Positions 1 to 11,298 of a stretch of DNA of 64,000 nt are shown in pieces; positions within the stretch are counted from its first letter, which is position 1; each line of letters begins with the position of its first letter. The notes below the pieces were generated by a model. That model worked only from the letters and a program-made list of their open reading frames with translations, did no database searches and had not been told where the DNA came from. Position numbers and translations under genes: made by a program. Source of the DNA: an uncultured Pelagibacteraceae bacterium (lineage in GTDB: Bacteria; Pseudomonadota; Alphaproteobacteria; Pelagibacterales; Pelagibacteraceae); NCBI GenBank assembly GCA_902574345.1, contig CACGNF010000001.1, positions 59,137 through 123,136 of the forward strand. Direction: 5' to 3'.

Positions 1-1551
1 AAAAAAATTACGGCTAAAAATTTTCCTGACGAAATAGATATTCGGGGCGAGGTATTTATTCAAAATAAAGATTTTGAAAATCTTAAAGATAAATTTGCTA
101 ATCCAAGAAATGCTGCATCTGGATCATTAAGGCAAAAAAATCCTCAGGATACCAAAAAAATTCCTTTAAAGTTTATTGCCTATACATTTGGGTACGTAAA
201 TAATATGGCGATAAAAAATCAAAGTGATTATTTAAATCAATTAGGTAATTGGGGGTTTAAAATAAATCCATTTAATAAAACGATTAAGGGTATAAAAAAT
301 TTAATGCAAAATTATCATGAGATAGAAAAAAAAAGAAATGAAATTGATTTTGATATTGATGGTATTGTTTATAAAATAAATAGTTTCAAGTTACAAAAAC
401 GATTAGGGAATGTTGCAAATTCTCCTCGTTGGGCAATCGCACATAAGTTTTCTGCTAATAAAGGTGTTTCAACAATTTTGAATATTGAAATTCAAGTTGG
501 AAGGACAGGAGCACTAACACCTGTTGCAAAAATAAAACCAATCAATATTGGTGGAGTAGTTGTATCGAATGCAACACTTCATAATGAAGATGAAATTATA
601 AGAAAAGATATAAGAATAGGGGATACTGTTGTAGTTGAAAGAGCAGGAGATGTAATTCCGCATATTATAGAGGTAGATCTAAAAAAAAGAAATAAAAATT
701 CTAAGAAATATATTTTTCCACTTAAATGTCCATCTTGCGGCAGTAAAACAATTAAAGAATACAATTCTATTACAAAAAAAAATGATGCTGTAAGAAGATG
801 TTCAAGTGAGGGATATGAATGTGAAAAGATGACTATAGAAAAAATCAAACACTTTGTGTCAAAAGAAGCTTTTAATATTGATGGCTTTGGCAAAAAGATC
901 GTAGAAAATTTCTGGAAACTAGAAATGATTAGATTACCGCAAGATATTTTTGGTCTGAATTACGAAAAGATAAAAATAATGGATGGATGGGGACAACAAT
1001 CTGTTGCTAATTTAAGATATGCAATTGAAGAAAAGAAAAATATTTCCTTTGAAAAATTTGTATATGCTCTTGGTATAAGACATATTGGTTTTGAAAATGC
1101 TAAATTAATCGCGAAAACACTCAAAAGTCCTGAAAAGTTTGTAAATCTTTCTAAAGAAAATAAAATTGATGATTTGTTAAATATTGATGGGATCGGTGAA
1201 ACTCAAATAACTTCTTTAAAAAAATTTTTTTTGAATAAGACTAATTTAAAGGTAATTCAAGATCTTCAAAAAATTTTAAACATCACTAAAACAATAGAAA
1301 ATAAAACTGATGGTGTATTGAGTGACAAGATATTTATGTTTACTGGAAAATTAACAGGTATGAGTAGAGCAGAGGCCAAGTCCCTAATAGAGAAAAATTC
1401 AGGAACAATAATTAGCAATGTTTCAAAAAAACTTGATTATCTGATAATTGGAGAGAAGCCTACAAAACGAAAAATTGAGGCTGCTAAAGAGCTAAAAATT
1501 AAAATTATAGATCAATCGGATTTATATAAATTACTGGATAAAAGTAGCTAA
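1..1551 (+). CDS. ligA: NAD-dependent DNA ligase (5'-truncated by window edge)
   Basis: Frame 1 is open from base 1 (KKITAKNFPDEIDIRGEVF...FANPRNAASGSLRQ); DGIVYK, PRWAIAHKF, VGRTG, Zn-finger Cys, HhH repeats, C-terminal BRCT. Confidence 0.97.
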   Translation, partial: KKITAKNFPDEIDIRGEVFIQNKDFENLKDKFANPRNAASGSLRQKNPQDTKKIPLKFIAYTFGYVNNMAIKNQSDYLNQLGNWGFKINPFNKTIKGIKNLMQNYHEIEKKRNEIDFDIDGIVYKINSFKLQKRLGNVANSPRWAIAHKFSANKGVSTILNIEIQVGRTGALTPVAKIKPINIGGVVVSNATLHNEDEIIRKDIRIGDTVVVERAGDVIPHIIEVDLKKRNKNSKKYIFPLKCPSCGSKTIKEYNSITKKNDAVRRCSSEGYECEKMTIEKIKHFVSKEAFNIDGFGKKIVENFWKLEMIRLPQDIFGLNYEKIKIMDGWGQQSVANLRYAIEEKKNISFEKFVYALGIRHIGFENAKLIAKTLKSPEKFVNLSKENKIDDLLNIDGIGETQITSLKKFFLNKTNLKVIQDLQKILNITKTIENKTDGVLSDKIFMFTGKLTGMSRAEAKSLIEKNSGTIISNVSKKLDYLIIGEKPTKRKIEAAKELKIKIIDQSDLYKLLDKSS

Positions 1552-3231
1552 CCATTTTTTTTCATTAAGATTTAAATATTTATGAAGTTTTGTGTAAATA
1601 TCTAAATTATATTTCCAAAGGTAACTTTTTTCATCATTTGTTAATAAATCAAAATTTATTAAATCTTTATCAATCGGAGCTAGAGTTAAATTTTCAAAGT
1701 AAATTTTATTTTTATTTTTTTTTACATAAATCAAATTTTCTATACGTATTCCAAATTTATCTTTTTTATAATATCCTGGTTCATTGCTTAAAATCATTCC
1801 TTCGCGTAACTTTATCTTATTAAATTTAGATATAGCCTGGGGCCCCTCATGCACATTTAAAAAAAAACCTACACCATGTCCAGTTCCATGTTGATAATCT
1901 AAGTTGATTTCTTTTAAAAATTTTCTTGCTCTAATATCGATAAGATTACCAGAGGAATATTTATTTAAATTAGATTTTACGACAGCAATATGACCTTTTA
2001 ATACTCTTGTGAAAATATTTTTTATATTCTTTTTAGGTTTTGAGAAACAAATTGTTCTAGTCACATCTGTAGTGCCATATTTATATTGACCTCCAGAATC
2101 ACATAAAAAAATATCTTTTTTTTTTATTTTTTTTGAGTTTTTTTTTGTTGCCCGATAATGAACAATGGCTGCATTCCCAGCAGTACCAGCGATAGTATTA
2201 AAACTAGGATATAAATAATCTTTATTTTTTTTTCTAAAATTTTCTAATTTATTTTGTGCCTCAAACTCAGTAATTGTTTTTTTGTTAATATTTTTGATCC
2301 AATAAATAAATTTTGTTAATGCAACACCATCAATAATATGAGTATCTAACATATTTTTTATTTCCGTTTTGTTTTTTAATGACTTGAGTGAATAAATTGG
2401 ATCTTCGATACTTAAAATTTTGAATTTTTTTTTTAACATATCTTCAAAAAAAATTGAGCAGGTATTTTTATCAATAATAATTTTTTTACCTTTTAGAGTT
2501 GAAATGAATTCATTAAAATTTTTTGGCTCAATTACTTGATAAGATTTAATTTTTTTTTCATTAATTAACTTCGAAACTTTGTTTTTATATGAAATTAAAT
2601 AAAAATTATTTTTATTGTTTATGATTAATTGGCAATTTGGAATAGGACTATTAGGGTTATCATGTCCCCTGATATTAAGAAGCCATGCAATATTTTCTGG
2701 TGCTGTAATAAATAAATAATCTGATTTGTTTTTATTTAAGTATTTTCTTATTTTCATAATTTTAGTTTTATAGTCTTCTCCAACTATTTTGTTTTTAAGA
2801 GAAAAAAAAGGTTTGTTAGATTTAACTTCGTTTTTATGAATTTGGTCAATTAAATTTGCTTCAATACTTTTAACCTTATTATTTTTATAAAAAAACTTCT
2901 TAATTTGCTTTGATGTAAAAATCTTTGGATCAAAACCGATTGATAGATTTTGGAATAAATTACAATTAATAATTTTATGCAAATCTACAATTTTAAATCT
3001 TTTCCCTGCTTCTTTTTTTGCTTGAATTGTATATCTCCCATCAACAAATAAGTAGTTCCTCTTTTTTAAAATGATTGAATAGCCTGCAGAGCCAGAAAAG
3101 TTTGTGATAGATTTAAGTCTATCATTTGCAGAGTATTCCGAAAAAAATTCGTCATTTTTGGGAATAATATATCCGTCTATTTTGTACTTATTAAATTTTC
3201 TAATAAGAGTGTTAATTCTATCACTAATCAT
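1531..3231 (-). CDS. Xaa-Pro aminopeptidase (M24B)
   Basis: DSGGQY, GTTDVTRT, HGTGHGVG, HEGP, EPGYY, GIRIEN motifs. Confidence 0.93.
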   Translation of the reverse strand: MISDRINTLIRKFNKYKIDGYIIPKNDEFFSEYSANDRLKSITNFSGSAGYSIILKKRNYLFVDGRYTIQAKKEAGKRFKIVDLHKIINCNLFQNLSIGFDPKIFTSKQIKKFFYKNNKVKSIEANLIDQIHKNEVKSNKPFFSLKNKIVGEDYKTKIMKIRKYLNKNKSDYLFITAPENIAWLLNIRGHDNPNSPIPNCQLIINNKNNFYLISYKNKVSKLINEKKIKSYQVIEPKNFNEFISTLKGKKIIIDKNTCSIFFEDMLKKKFKILSIEDPIYSLKSLKNKTEIKNMLDTHIIDGVALTKFIYWIKNINKKTITEFEAQNKLENFRKKNKDYLYPSFNTIAGTAGNAAIVHYRATKKNSKKIKKKDIFLCDSGGQYKYGTTDVTRTICFSKPKKNIKNIFTRVLKGHIAVVKSNLNKYSSGNLIDIRARKFLKEINLDYQHGTGHGVGFFLNVHEGPQAISKFNKIKLREGMILSNEPGYYKKDKFGIRIENLIYVKKNKNKIYFENLTLAPIDKDLINFDLLTNDEKSYLWKYNLDIYTKLHKYLNLNEKKWLATFIQ

Positions 3232-5261
3232 TTAATTCTTTTTTGATATCTCAACCATCCAGGACTATTAATACCACTTTCATTTTCAATATCCTGATTA
3301 AATTCAAATTCCTCTATCTGTTCTTTAGTATCATCAAAAAAAGAATTTTTTTCTAAATATTTGTCTGGTAGTTCATCGATAAATCTCGACGCCATACTAT
3401 CTATCCAATCACCCTGATAAAATCTGTTCATTGAGAAAGATACTACTACTTTCTTCTTAGCTCTAGTTAAACCCACATAAGCCAATCTTCTCTCTTCTTC
3501 CAATCCATTTTGACCCTTTTCTTCAATAGATTTTTGGTGAGGAAAAAGTCCTTCTTCCCAACCAGGTAAAAAAACTACTTCAAACTCTAGACCTTTCGCA
3601 GCGTGCATTGTCATCATATTTACTTTTTCACCTTCCCATTCTTGATCAATTGAGGTTGCTAGTGAAACATGATCTAAAAAACTTTCCAAATTATCAAATT
3701 CTTTCATAGCACTTAATAATTCTTTTATATTTTCAAGTCTGTTTTCGTTTTCTAGATCTTTTTTATTTTTAAGCATTGCCGAATATCCAGATTCATCAAG
3801 AATAGTTTGCAATAATTTTATATGACTTATCTTTTTAACTGCTAGATCATTTCTCCATTTAGAGATTAAATCTAAAAAAGAAATTAAACCAATTTTGGCT
3901 TTAGGCTTAATTAAGTTTTCCTCTAACATTTTTCTCGAAGAAATCTCTAAACAGTTTTTTTGCTTTTTTGCAAATTCATGAATACTTTTAAGTGTGCTAT
4001 CACCAATTGAACGTTTTGGATTGTTAACAATTCTCTCAAAAGCAAGATCATCTTTTTCTTGATTAACTAGTCTTAAATATGCAACACAATCTTTTATTTC
4101 AGCTCTCTCATAAAATTTAATTCCTCCTAAAATTCTATAAGGTAGTCCAATTTTTAAAAATCTTTCTTCAAATTCTCTAGTTTGAAATATCGCTCTTACA
4201 AGAATTGTAATATTATTATATGAATATTCTTGTTTTATTTTTTCAATTTCATCTGAAATTCCAATAGCCTCGTCTTTTCCATTTTTATAACAATTTAACT
4301 TGACTAATTCACCCTCGTTTAAAGTTGTTTTTAATGTTTTGCCAACTCTATTTTCATTATTTGCAATTAAGTTTGATGCAACAGCCAAAATATTTTCAGT
4401 AGATCTATAATTTTCCTCGAGTCTTATAACTTTTGTATTTTCATAAACCTGATCAAATTCTAAAAAATTTTTTATTTCTGCTCCTCTCCAACTATATATT
4501 GACTGATCATCATCACCTACACAGCAAATATTTTTATTTTTTTCTGAAAGTAATTTAAGCCATTTACTTTGTATGAAATTTGTGTCTTGATACTCATCTA
4601 CTAGAATATATTTAAAGTTTTTTGAATAAATTTCTCTTAAGTCTTTATTTTTTTCGAGTATCTTTACCGCGTGAAGAATTAGGTCACCGAAGTCACAAGA
4701 ATTTAAATCAATTAATTTCTGTTGATAAATTTTATAAATCGGAAGTATAGTTTTTTCATAAATATTTTTTTGATTAATTATAACTTCATTAGGATAAAAT
4801 CCTTTATTTTTCCATTTATCAATTATTGCAATAATATATCTTGGAGCTAATTGTTTGATATCAATGTTTTCAGCTTTGCATATATTTTTAATTAGCCGTA
4901 TTTGATCATCTGTATCAATAATAGTAAAATTTGAATTTAGATTGACTGCAGGAGCATGTTTTCTCAATAGTTTTGCACAGATTGAGTGAAAAGTTCCAAG
5001 CCAAGATAATCCTGTAGCTGAGGATCCTAAAATTTTACTAACCCTAATTTGCATTTCTTTAGCTGCTTTGTTGGTAAAAGTTACTGCCAAGATTTGATTT
5101 GGATAAGCTTTTTTTTCTTTTATAATATTCGCTATCCTTGTTGTGAGCACTTTAGTCTTTCCCGATCCAGCACCAGCTACAATTAAAAGAGGTCCATCAA
5201 GATACATAACAGCCTCTTTTTGAGCTTTATTGAGATTTTTCAAATATTCAGAGTTTAACAT
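3228..5261 (-). CDS. uvrD: ATP-dependent DNA helicase UvrD/PcrA
   Basis: AGAGSGKT, VDEYQDTN, VGDDDQSIY, NYRS, HAAKGLEF, EERRLAYVGLTRA. Confidence 0.95.
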   Translation of the reverse strand: MLNSEYLKNLNKAQKEAVMYLDGPLLIVAGAGSGKTKVLTTRIANIIKEKKAYPNQILAVTFTNKAAKEMQIRVSKILGSSATGLSWLGTFHSICAKLLRKHAPAVNLNSNFTIIDTDDQIRLIKNICKAENIDIKQLAPRYIIAIIDKWKNKGFYPNEVIINQKNIYEKTILPIYKIYQQKLIDLNSCDFGDLILHAVKILEKNKDLREIYSKNFKYILVDEYQDTNFIQSKWLKLLSEKNKNICCVGDDDQSIYSWRGAEIKNFLEFDQVYENTKVIRLEENYRSTENILAVASNLIANNENRVGKTLKTTLNEGELVKLNCYKNGKDEAIGISDEIEKIKQEYSYNNITILVRAIFQTREFEERFLKIGLPYRILGGIKFYERAEIKDCVAYLRLVNQEKDDLAFERIVNNPKRSIGDSTLKSIHEFAKKQKNCLEISSRKMLEENLIKPKAKIGLISFLDLISKWRNDLAVKKISHIKLLQTILDESGYSAMLKNKKDLENENRLENIKELLSAMKEFDNLESFLDHVSLATSIDQEWEGEKVNMMTMHAAKGLEFEVVFLPGWEEGLFPHQKSIEEKGQNGLEEERRLAYVGLTRAKKKVVVSFSMNRFYQGDWIDSMASRFIDELPDKYLEKNSFFDDTKEQIEEFEFNQDIENESGINSPGWLRYQKRIK

Positions 5262-5295
5262 TTTTTATTTTAAATTATAACTTGTTTCAATTTAT

Positions 5296-6783
5296 ATGAG
5301 AAAACAAAATTTATTATCAAAAAAAATTGGAAAACAAATTTCATCTATAAATAATTTATTAGAAAGTTATTTCAATAGATTAAGACGTTTCATATTAGAT
5401 GCCAAAAGACTAAGGTTTGATAAGGATAATAAAGTTTTTTTACTTATAGTTTCGACCATATTTTTGACCATTGTATATTTTTTAATACCTACCGCATACA
5501 ATAAAGGATTGATACAGAAAGAAATAAAGAATCAAATTTATCAAAAATACAGCATGGTAGTAAAATTTAATAACAATATACAATATAACTTTTTTCCCAA
5601 ACCACATTTCAGCTCTAAAAATTTATTCGTAATGAATGATAAAAAAAAAATTGGAGAGGTAAAAAATTTTAAAATTTTTATTGATTTTAAAAATTTTTTC
5701 AAATTTAATCAAATACAAACTAAAGATGTTATTCTTGATAAAGCTGATTTTAAATTGGAAAAATCTGATTTAAATTTTTTTACAAATTTTTTAAAAACTG
5801 AGCCACATAGAAATAAAATAAATATTAAAAGGAGCAATCTTTTTTTTTTGAATAAAAATGATGAGGTTTTATTTATAAACCAAATTAACGATAGTGACTT
5901 TTTTTACGATTTTAAAAATTTGAAAAATGTTTTCAATCTTAAAGGTAAAGTTTTTAATATCCCTTATAAATTAATTATTGGAAATGATAAATTAAATAAA
6001 GTTTTAGATTTTAAATTTATTTCAAAAAAACTTGTACTCAAAATAGAAAATAAAACAGATTATAAAATGAAAGATGAAACTGGAAGTTTGAAAATTAGTT
6101 TTAAGAATAAAAATAATATTTTTGATTATAAAATAAATGAGAATACTATGGATATTTTTTTAAATGATACAAATAAAACATTTAAAGCATTATTAGAATT
6201 TAAGCCCTTTTATCTGGTATCAAACTTAGATTATCAAACTTTTCGTATTAAAGATCTTTTTGGGAATCCTTTTTTCATTGAGATTTTGAAATCTCAGCTT
6301 TTAAACAACAAAAACTTAAATGCTTTAATAAACTTTGATGTAAAAAATGTTTATGATTTCAATAGATTTTCAGATTTATCATTAAAATTAAAAATAGAGG
6401 AAGGAAATTATAACTTTTCAAATTCTAATATAATTTGGAAAGAAAATGTGAGTTTATTTTTTTCAGATGCATTTTTAAATTTTGATAAAGAAAAAATAAA
6501 TTTAAATGGAAGGACTTCATTTGATGTTAAAAATAAGGAGGATTTTTATAAGTTTTTCCAAATTAAAAAAGAACTAAGAAAAAATATTGAAAAAATTGAG
6601 TTAGACTTTAATTATGATTTTAACGATGAAAAAATTACTTTTGATAATTTAAGAATAGATAATAAAACAAATAAAAAAATTGAAGAAATAATTTCAAAGT
6701 TCAACTCAAATAATAAAAAATTTTTTAATAAAATCACTTTTAAAAATTTTGTTAATGAAATTTTGATAGCTTATTTTGGATAA
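5296..6783 (+). CDS. Membrane-anchored hypothetical protein, possibly AsmA-like
   Basis: 495 aa ORF with one N-terminal TM segment and a beta-strand-like K/N/F-rich body; family assignment is inference. Confidence 0.6.
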   Translation: MRKQNLLSKKIGKQISSINNLLESYFNRLRRFILDAKRLRFDKDNKVFLLIVSTIFLTIVYFLIPTAYNKGLIQKEIKNQIYQKYSMVVKFNNNIQYNFFPKPHFSSKNLFVMNDKKKIGEVKNFKIFIDFKNFFKFNQIQTKDVILDKADFKLEKSDLNFFTNFLKTEPHRNKINIKRSNLFFLNKNDEVLFINQINDSDFFYDFKNLKNVFNLKGKVFNIPYKLIIGNDKLNKVLDFKFISKKLVLKIENKTDYKMKDETGSLKISFKNKNNIFDYKINENTMDIFLNDTNKTFKALLEFKPFYLVSNLDYQTFRIKDLFGNPFFIEILKSQLLNNKNLNALINFDVKNVYDFNRFSDLSLKLKIEEGNYNFSNSNIIWKENVSLFFSDAFLNFDKEKINLNGRTSFDVKNKEDFYKFFQIKKELRKNIEKIELDFNYDFNDEKITFDNLRIDNKTNKKIEEIISKFNSNNKKFFNKITFKNFVNEILIAYFG

Positions 6784-8159
6784 ATCATTTTTTTTGGATT
6801 TACTATTCTATCAAAATCTTTTTCATTAATTAATTTTGTTTTTAAAGCTTCCTCTTTTAGAGTTGTGCCTTTTTTAAGTGCTGTCTTAGCTATTTTGGCA
6901 GAGTTATCATATCCAATATGAGGAGCTAGTGCAGTAACTAGCATTAATGAGTTATCTAAAAATTTTTTAATTTTTACTTTGTCTGCTTTAATTCCTTTAA
7001 CACAAAATAAAGCAAAATTTTTAGTACTATCTGCAAGGAGATCGATAGATTGTAAAATGTTGTGAGCTATTAATGGTTTAAAAACATTTAGCTCAAAATG
7101 TCCATGTGAACCTGCCATTGTTATTCCATTATGATTACCGATTACTTTTACACAAACCATTGTCACTGCTTCTGATTGTGTTGGGTTTACTTTTCCAGGC
7201 ATAATCGATGAACCTGGTTCATTTGCTGGTAAAATTATTTCACCATATCCAGCTCTGGGTCCCGATCCTAAAAATCTTATATCATTTGCAATTTTCATTA
7301 AACTAACAGCAGTAGTATTTAAGGTTCCAGAAAAATTTACTATTTCATCATGAGCTGCTAGCGCAGCAAATTTATTCTTGGTTGGTTTAAAGGCTAGTTT
7401 AGTAATTTTTTTTATTTCATTTATTACTTTTTTATCAAAACCTTTTTTACTATTAATTCCTGTGCCAACTGCAGTGCCACCTTGAGCTAAATAATAAATT
7501 TCATTTAAAGCATTTTTAATTCTTACAATACAATCCTCTAATTGAGATTGATATCCTGAAAACTCTTGTCCTAATGATAATGGAGTTGCATCCTGAAGAT
7601 GAGTTCTTCCAACCTTAACAATATTTTTAAATTGAGAAACTTTTTTTTTCAATTCCTTATTTAAAAGTTCAAGAGAGGGTAGTAACTTATTTTTAGTTTC
7701 CATAGCTATAGCTATATGCATTGCTGTAGGAAATACATCATTGGTAGATTGAGATTTATTTACGTGATCATTTGGATGAACTGGTTTTTTTGTGCCTTTT
7801 CTTCCACCTAAAATTTCGATTGCTCTATTTGCAATTACTTCATTTACATTCATATTTGTTTGAGTACCAGAGCCAGTTTGCCAAACTTTTAGTGGAAAGT
7901 GTTCATCTAATTTACCACTGATTACTTCATTGGATGCTTTAACAATGGCATTAGAAATTTTTGGTACAATCTGTTTTTCTTTTCTATGAACTATAGCAGC
8001 AGCTTTTTTAATAATCGCAATAGATTTTATTAAAACTGGCCTAACTAGAAATTCACCAATATCGAAATATTTTTTTGATCTTTGAGTCGATGCTCCCCAA
8101 TATTTATCATTAGGAACATTAATTGTTCCAATACTATCAAATTCTTTTCTTAATTTCAT
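6771..8159 (-). CDS. fumC: Class II fumarate hydratase
   Basis: [25 protein letters not shown] signature. Confidence 0.98.
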   Translation of the reverse strand: MKLRKEFDSIGTINVPNDKYWGASTQRSKKYFDIGEFLVRPVLIKSIAIIKKAAAIVHRKEKQIVPKISNAIVKASNEVISGKLDEHFPLKVWQTGSGTQTNMNVNEVIANRAIEILGGRKGTKKPVHPNDHVNKSQSTNDVFPTAMHIAIAMETKNKLLPSLELLNKELKKKVSQFKNIVKVGRTHLQDATPLSLGQEFSGYQSQLEDCIVRIKNALNEIYYLAQGGTAVGTGINSKKGFDKKVINEIKKITKLAFKPTKNKFAALAAHDEIVNFSGTLNTTAVSLMKIANDIRFLGSGPRAGYGEIILPANEPGSSIMPGKVNPTQSEAVTMVCVKVIGNHNGITMAGSHGHFELNVFKPLIAHNILQSIDLLADSTKNFALFCVKGIKADKVKIKKFLDNSLMLVTALAPHIGYDNSAKIAKTALKKGTTLKEEALKTKLINEKDFDRIVNPKKMIYPK

Positions 8160-8225
8160 TGATTAATAGGCAAATATTAAATTACTATAAATATACATCA
8201 ATTTTAAAAAACATACAGGAGCATT

Positions 8226-8597
8226 ATGTCAAATTTTAGCAAGGTTGGTATTTTTATGAAAACCTTTGGTCAAGAAGTAAAAAATAAACCTTCATTTAGC
8301 ACAGATAAAATCAATAAATTAAGAATAGATCTAATAAAAGAGGAATTAACTGAGCTAACAGAAGCAATGAATAATAAGGATTTATTAGAGGTTGCCGATG
8401 CTCTAACAGATATCTTATATGTTACTTATGGAGCAGGTCATGCTTTTGGAATTGATTTAGATAAGTGTTTCGATGAAGTTCAAAATTCCAACATGAGCAA
8501 GTTAGACGAGAACGGAAAACCAATTTATAATGAAAACGGCAAAGTAATGAAAGGTCCAAATTACTTCAAACCAGATCTCTCAAAATTTGTTAATTAA
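8226..8597 (+). CDS. All-alpha NTP pyrophosphohydrolase (MazG-like/PRA-PH family)
   Basis: EExxE...DALxD metal motif, SNMSK and GKVMKGPNY. Confidence 0.85.
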   Translation: MSNFSKVGIFMKTFGQEVKNKPSFSTDKINKLRIDLIKEELTELTEAMNNKDLLEVADALTDILYVTYGAGHAFGIDLDKCFDEVQNSNMSKLDENGKPIYNENGKVMKGPNYFKPDLSKFVN

Positions 8598-9427
8598 ATT
8601 TCTAATTTAAAATCAATCGCTGGCGCGCTATGCGTTATCCCACCAACAGAAATTCTATCTACACCAGTTTTTGCAATCGATTTAACTTTTTTTAAATTTA
8701 TATTTCCCGAAGCTTCCGTTTGATAGTATTTTTTTGCAATTTTAACTCCTAATTTTAAATTTTTAACACTCATATTATCAAATAAAATACGATCAAATTT
8801 TAATCCAATTATTTTCTTCAACTGTTTTATTGTGTCTACTTCCACAGTTATTTTTTTTCGCCTTTTATTTTTGATTGCTAAACTTACTAATTCTCTTATG
8901 TTTGAATTTGCAATATGATTGTCTTTTATCAAAAATTCATCACTTAAGTTAAATCTATGGTTAGTTCCTCCACCTAATTTTACTGCATATTTTTGTATAA
9001 CTCTTAAATTAGGTATAGTTTTTCTAGTGCAACAAATTTTACATTTTTTTCCTGCTAATTTTACAAATTGATTTGTTTTTGTAGCTATACCCGAAATATG
9101 AGATAAAAAATTTAGTGCAACTCTTTCTGCTACCAAAATATTCTTTTTATTTCCTTTAATAATTGCGATTGTTGAATTTTTTTTAACAAAAGATCCATCT
9201 TTTATTTTTACAGTAAACTTAATTTTTTTATCGATAAGTGAAAACGTATATTTTACAAATATTAGTCCACCGATGATAGCATCTTGGTTCGATATTAATT
9301 TTGCTTCTATAATATTATTATTTTTTATTAAACCAGAAGTTATATCGCCTGATGGATATAAATCTTCATTGAGTGCAAGTTTGACATTACTTTTTATAAA
9401 ATTTTCACTAAGTTTAATTTGAGACAC
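8594..9427 (-). CDS. nadC: Nicotinate-nucleotide diphosphorylase (quinolinate phosphoribosyltransferase)
   Basis: ERVALN, TRKT, HRFNLSD, KDNH, EASGN. Confidence 0.95.
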   Translation of the reverse strand: MSQIKLSENFIKSNVKLALNEDLYPSGDITSGLIKNNNIIEAKLISNQDAIIGGLIFVKYTFSLIDKKIKFTVKIKDGSFVKKNSTIAIIKGNKKNILVAERVALNFLSHISGIATKTNQFVKLAGKKCKICCTRKTIPNLRVIQKYAVKLGGGTNHRFNLSDEFLIKDNHIANSNIRELVSLAIKNKRRKKITVEVDTIKQLKKIIGLKFDRILFDNMSVKNLKLGVKIAKKYYQTEASGNINLKKVKSIAKTGVDRISVGGITHSAPAIDFKLEI

Positions 9428-9433
9428 AAAAAA

Positions 9434-10423
9434 TTATCTGCCAATAGCAACCATTTTTTCAACTGACATTCTTGCTTTATTGATTGTTTCTTGATCCATA
9501 ATAATTTCGCCAGTTTCATTCTCTAAACAATCTAATATTTTAGGCAAGGTTATTTTTTTCATATGGGGACACATGTTGCATGGTCTTATAAATTCTACAT
9601 TTGGATTTTCGACTTGAATATTATCACTCATTGAACATTCGGTAACCATCATTACTTTTTTAGGCTGATTATCTTTAACATAATTTATCATTCCTGAAGT
9701 TGACCCAGCAAAATCACTTGCTTTGATTACATCTGGTGGACACTCAGGATGAGCTATGATTTTTATCCCTGGGTTGTTTTTTCTAATATTTTGAATTTCT
9801 TTTTCGTTGAATTGATCATGCACAATACAAATTCCTTTCCAAGAAATGATCTCAACATCTGTTTGAGAAGCAACATATTTCGCAAGATAATCATCTGGTA
9901 GAAAAATTACTTTCTTAACTCCTAGAGATTTTACAATCTTTACAGCATTTGCAGATGTACAACATACATCTGTTTCAGCCTTAACATCTGCAGAAGTATT
10001 GACATAAGAAACTACTGGAACACCAGGATATTTTTCTTTTAATAATCTGACATCTTTTCCTGTAATTGAAGATGAAAGAGAGCAACCTGCTTTCATATCA
10101 GGTAGTAGGACTTTTTTATTTGGACTCATTAGTTTTGCAGTTTCAGCCATGAAATGTACACCAGCCATAACAATTATATCCGCTGAAGTTTTTGAAGCTT
10201 CTACAGCAAGAGCTAGAGAGTCTGCTGAGAAATCTGCAATACCATGATAAATTTCTGGGGTTTGATAATTGTGAGCTAAAATTACTGCGTTTTTTTCTTT
10301 TTTAAGTTTATTGATTTTATGAATATAGGGAGCATGCACTGACCATTCAATTTCAGGCATAACCTTGGAAATCTTTTTATAAATAGGATCAGTTGCTTGT
10401 TTTACTTCTTGATTAAATTCCAT
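9434..10423 (-). CDS. nadA: Quinolinate synthase
   Basis: LAHNYQ, GVHFMAET, AGCSL, AHPEC, CPHMK (Fe-S cysteines). Confidence 0.96.
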   Translation of the reverse strand: MEFNQEVKQATDPIYKKISKVMPEIEWSVHAPYIHKINKLKKEKNAVILAHNYQTPEIYHGIADFSADSLALAVEASKTSADIIVMAGVHFMAETAKLMSPNKKVLLPDMKAGCSLSSSITGKDVRLLKEKYPGVPVVSYVNTSADVKAETDVCCTSANAVKIVKSLGVKKVIFLPDDYLAKYVASQTDVEIISWKGICIVHDQFNEKEIQNIRKNNPGIKIIAHPECPPDVIKASDFAGSTSGMINYVKDNQPKKVMMVTECSMSDNIQVENPNVEFIRPCNMCPHMKKITLPKILDCLENETGEIIMDQETINKARMSVEKMVAIGR

Positions 10424-10480
10424 AATAAAAATTTATCAATTTGAAACCTTCTTGTCATTGATTTAATGTGGGTCAAATTT

Positions 10481-10566
10481 GCGGCTATGCTGAAATTGGT
10501 AGACAGGCACGGTTGAGGGCCGTGTGGACCTAGTCCATGAGAGTTCGAGTCTCTCTAGCCGCACCA
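10481..10566 (+). tRNA. tRNA-Leu (anticodon GAG)
   Basis: GCGGCTA/TAGCCGC acceptor stem, encoded CCA, D-loop TGGTAGAC, anticodon arm CACGG-TTGAGGG-CCGTG, long variable arm, GTTCGAGT T-loop. Confidence 0.96.
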
Positions 10567-10578
10567 AAAAATATTTGT

Positions 10579-11292
10579 TTAAAAGGATATTCTGTAATCA
10601 ATTCTGTATTGTGTTATGTCAAAATCAGCATCGTAGCCATTTTCCATACTTCTAATTTGATCATTTTCACATTCTAAGAGCAATTTCTCAATTGAGAAAC
10701 CATAACCTTTTAGAAATCCTGAATTAACAAAAAAACCTAAATTTGGACTTACACCTAAACACCTAACGTATGTGTGAGGTCCACCTTCACCATATCTTGG
10801 ACCATCATATTGAGTGTCTGATTGTTTACCTAAAAAATAAGTAGCATTTAAAGTTGCGTACGGCGTTAAATTAGAAATTTCTTTGAATCTATAACTTGGA
10901 CCTAAATCAAAAATTAAACCATAGAAATATATATCCGGAAAAGCAGAATTATATCCACCATCGAATGTGATAGTTGTGTCAGTAGTACTATGTTTAACTA
11001 ATGATATTCCTGAATTTAGATAAAGATTGTCTTTAACATTTTTATTATAATCAAAATTTATTGAGATATTGGTATTTAAACTATCATCATCTAAGACTAA
11101 ACCTTTAATTGTTGTGCCTGCATTACCAGTAACGGGACCATGCAAACCTTTTACGTTTTCCATTATACCTTTACCCATTGTTACACCAAATGATATTTCA
11201 TCATCAGCTGCACTGACATTAGTGCAAAATAATAAATAAATTAAAGCAAAAGTTTTATAAAAGATAAGTTTAACTTTCATCAAATACTCCAT
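10579..11292 (-). CDS. Hypothetical exported protein, probable outer-membrane beta-barrel
   Basis: Signal peptide ending NVSA, alternating aromatic strands, C-terminal YRIDYRISF beta-signal; start may be 11280. Confidence 0.65.
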   Translation of the reverse strand: MEYLMKVKLIFYKTFALIYLLFCTNVSAADDEISFGVTMGKGIMENVKGLHGPVTGNAGTTIKGLVLDDDSLNTNISINFDYNKNVKDNLYLNSGISLVKHSTTDTTITFDGGYNSAFPDIYFYGLIFDLGPSYRFKEISNLTPYATLNATYFLGKQSDTQYDGPRYGEGGPHTYVRCLGVSPNLGFFVNSGFLKGYGFSIEKLLLECENDQIRSMENGYDADFDITQYRIDYRISF

Positions 11293-11298
11293 AACAAA

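Noticed and set aside
8226-8597. MazG-like gene as a phage remnant or toxin-antitoxin component
   Set aside because: Stand-alone between fumC and nadC, with no phage or toxin neighbours
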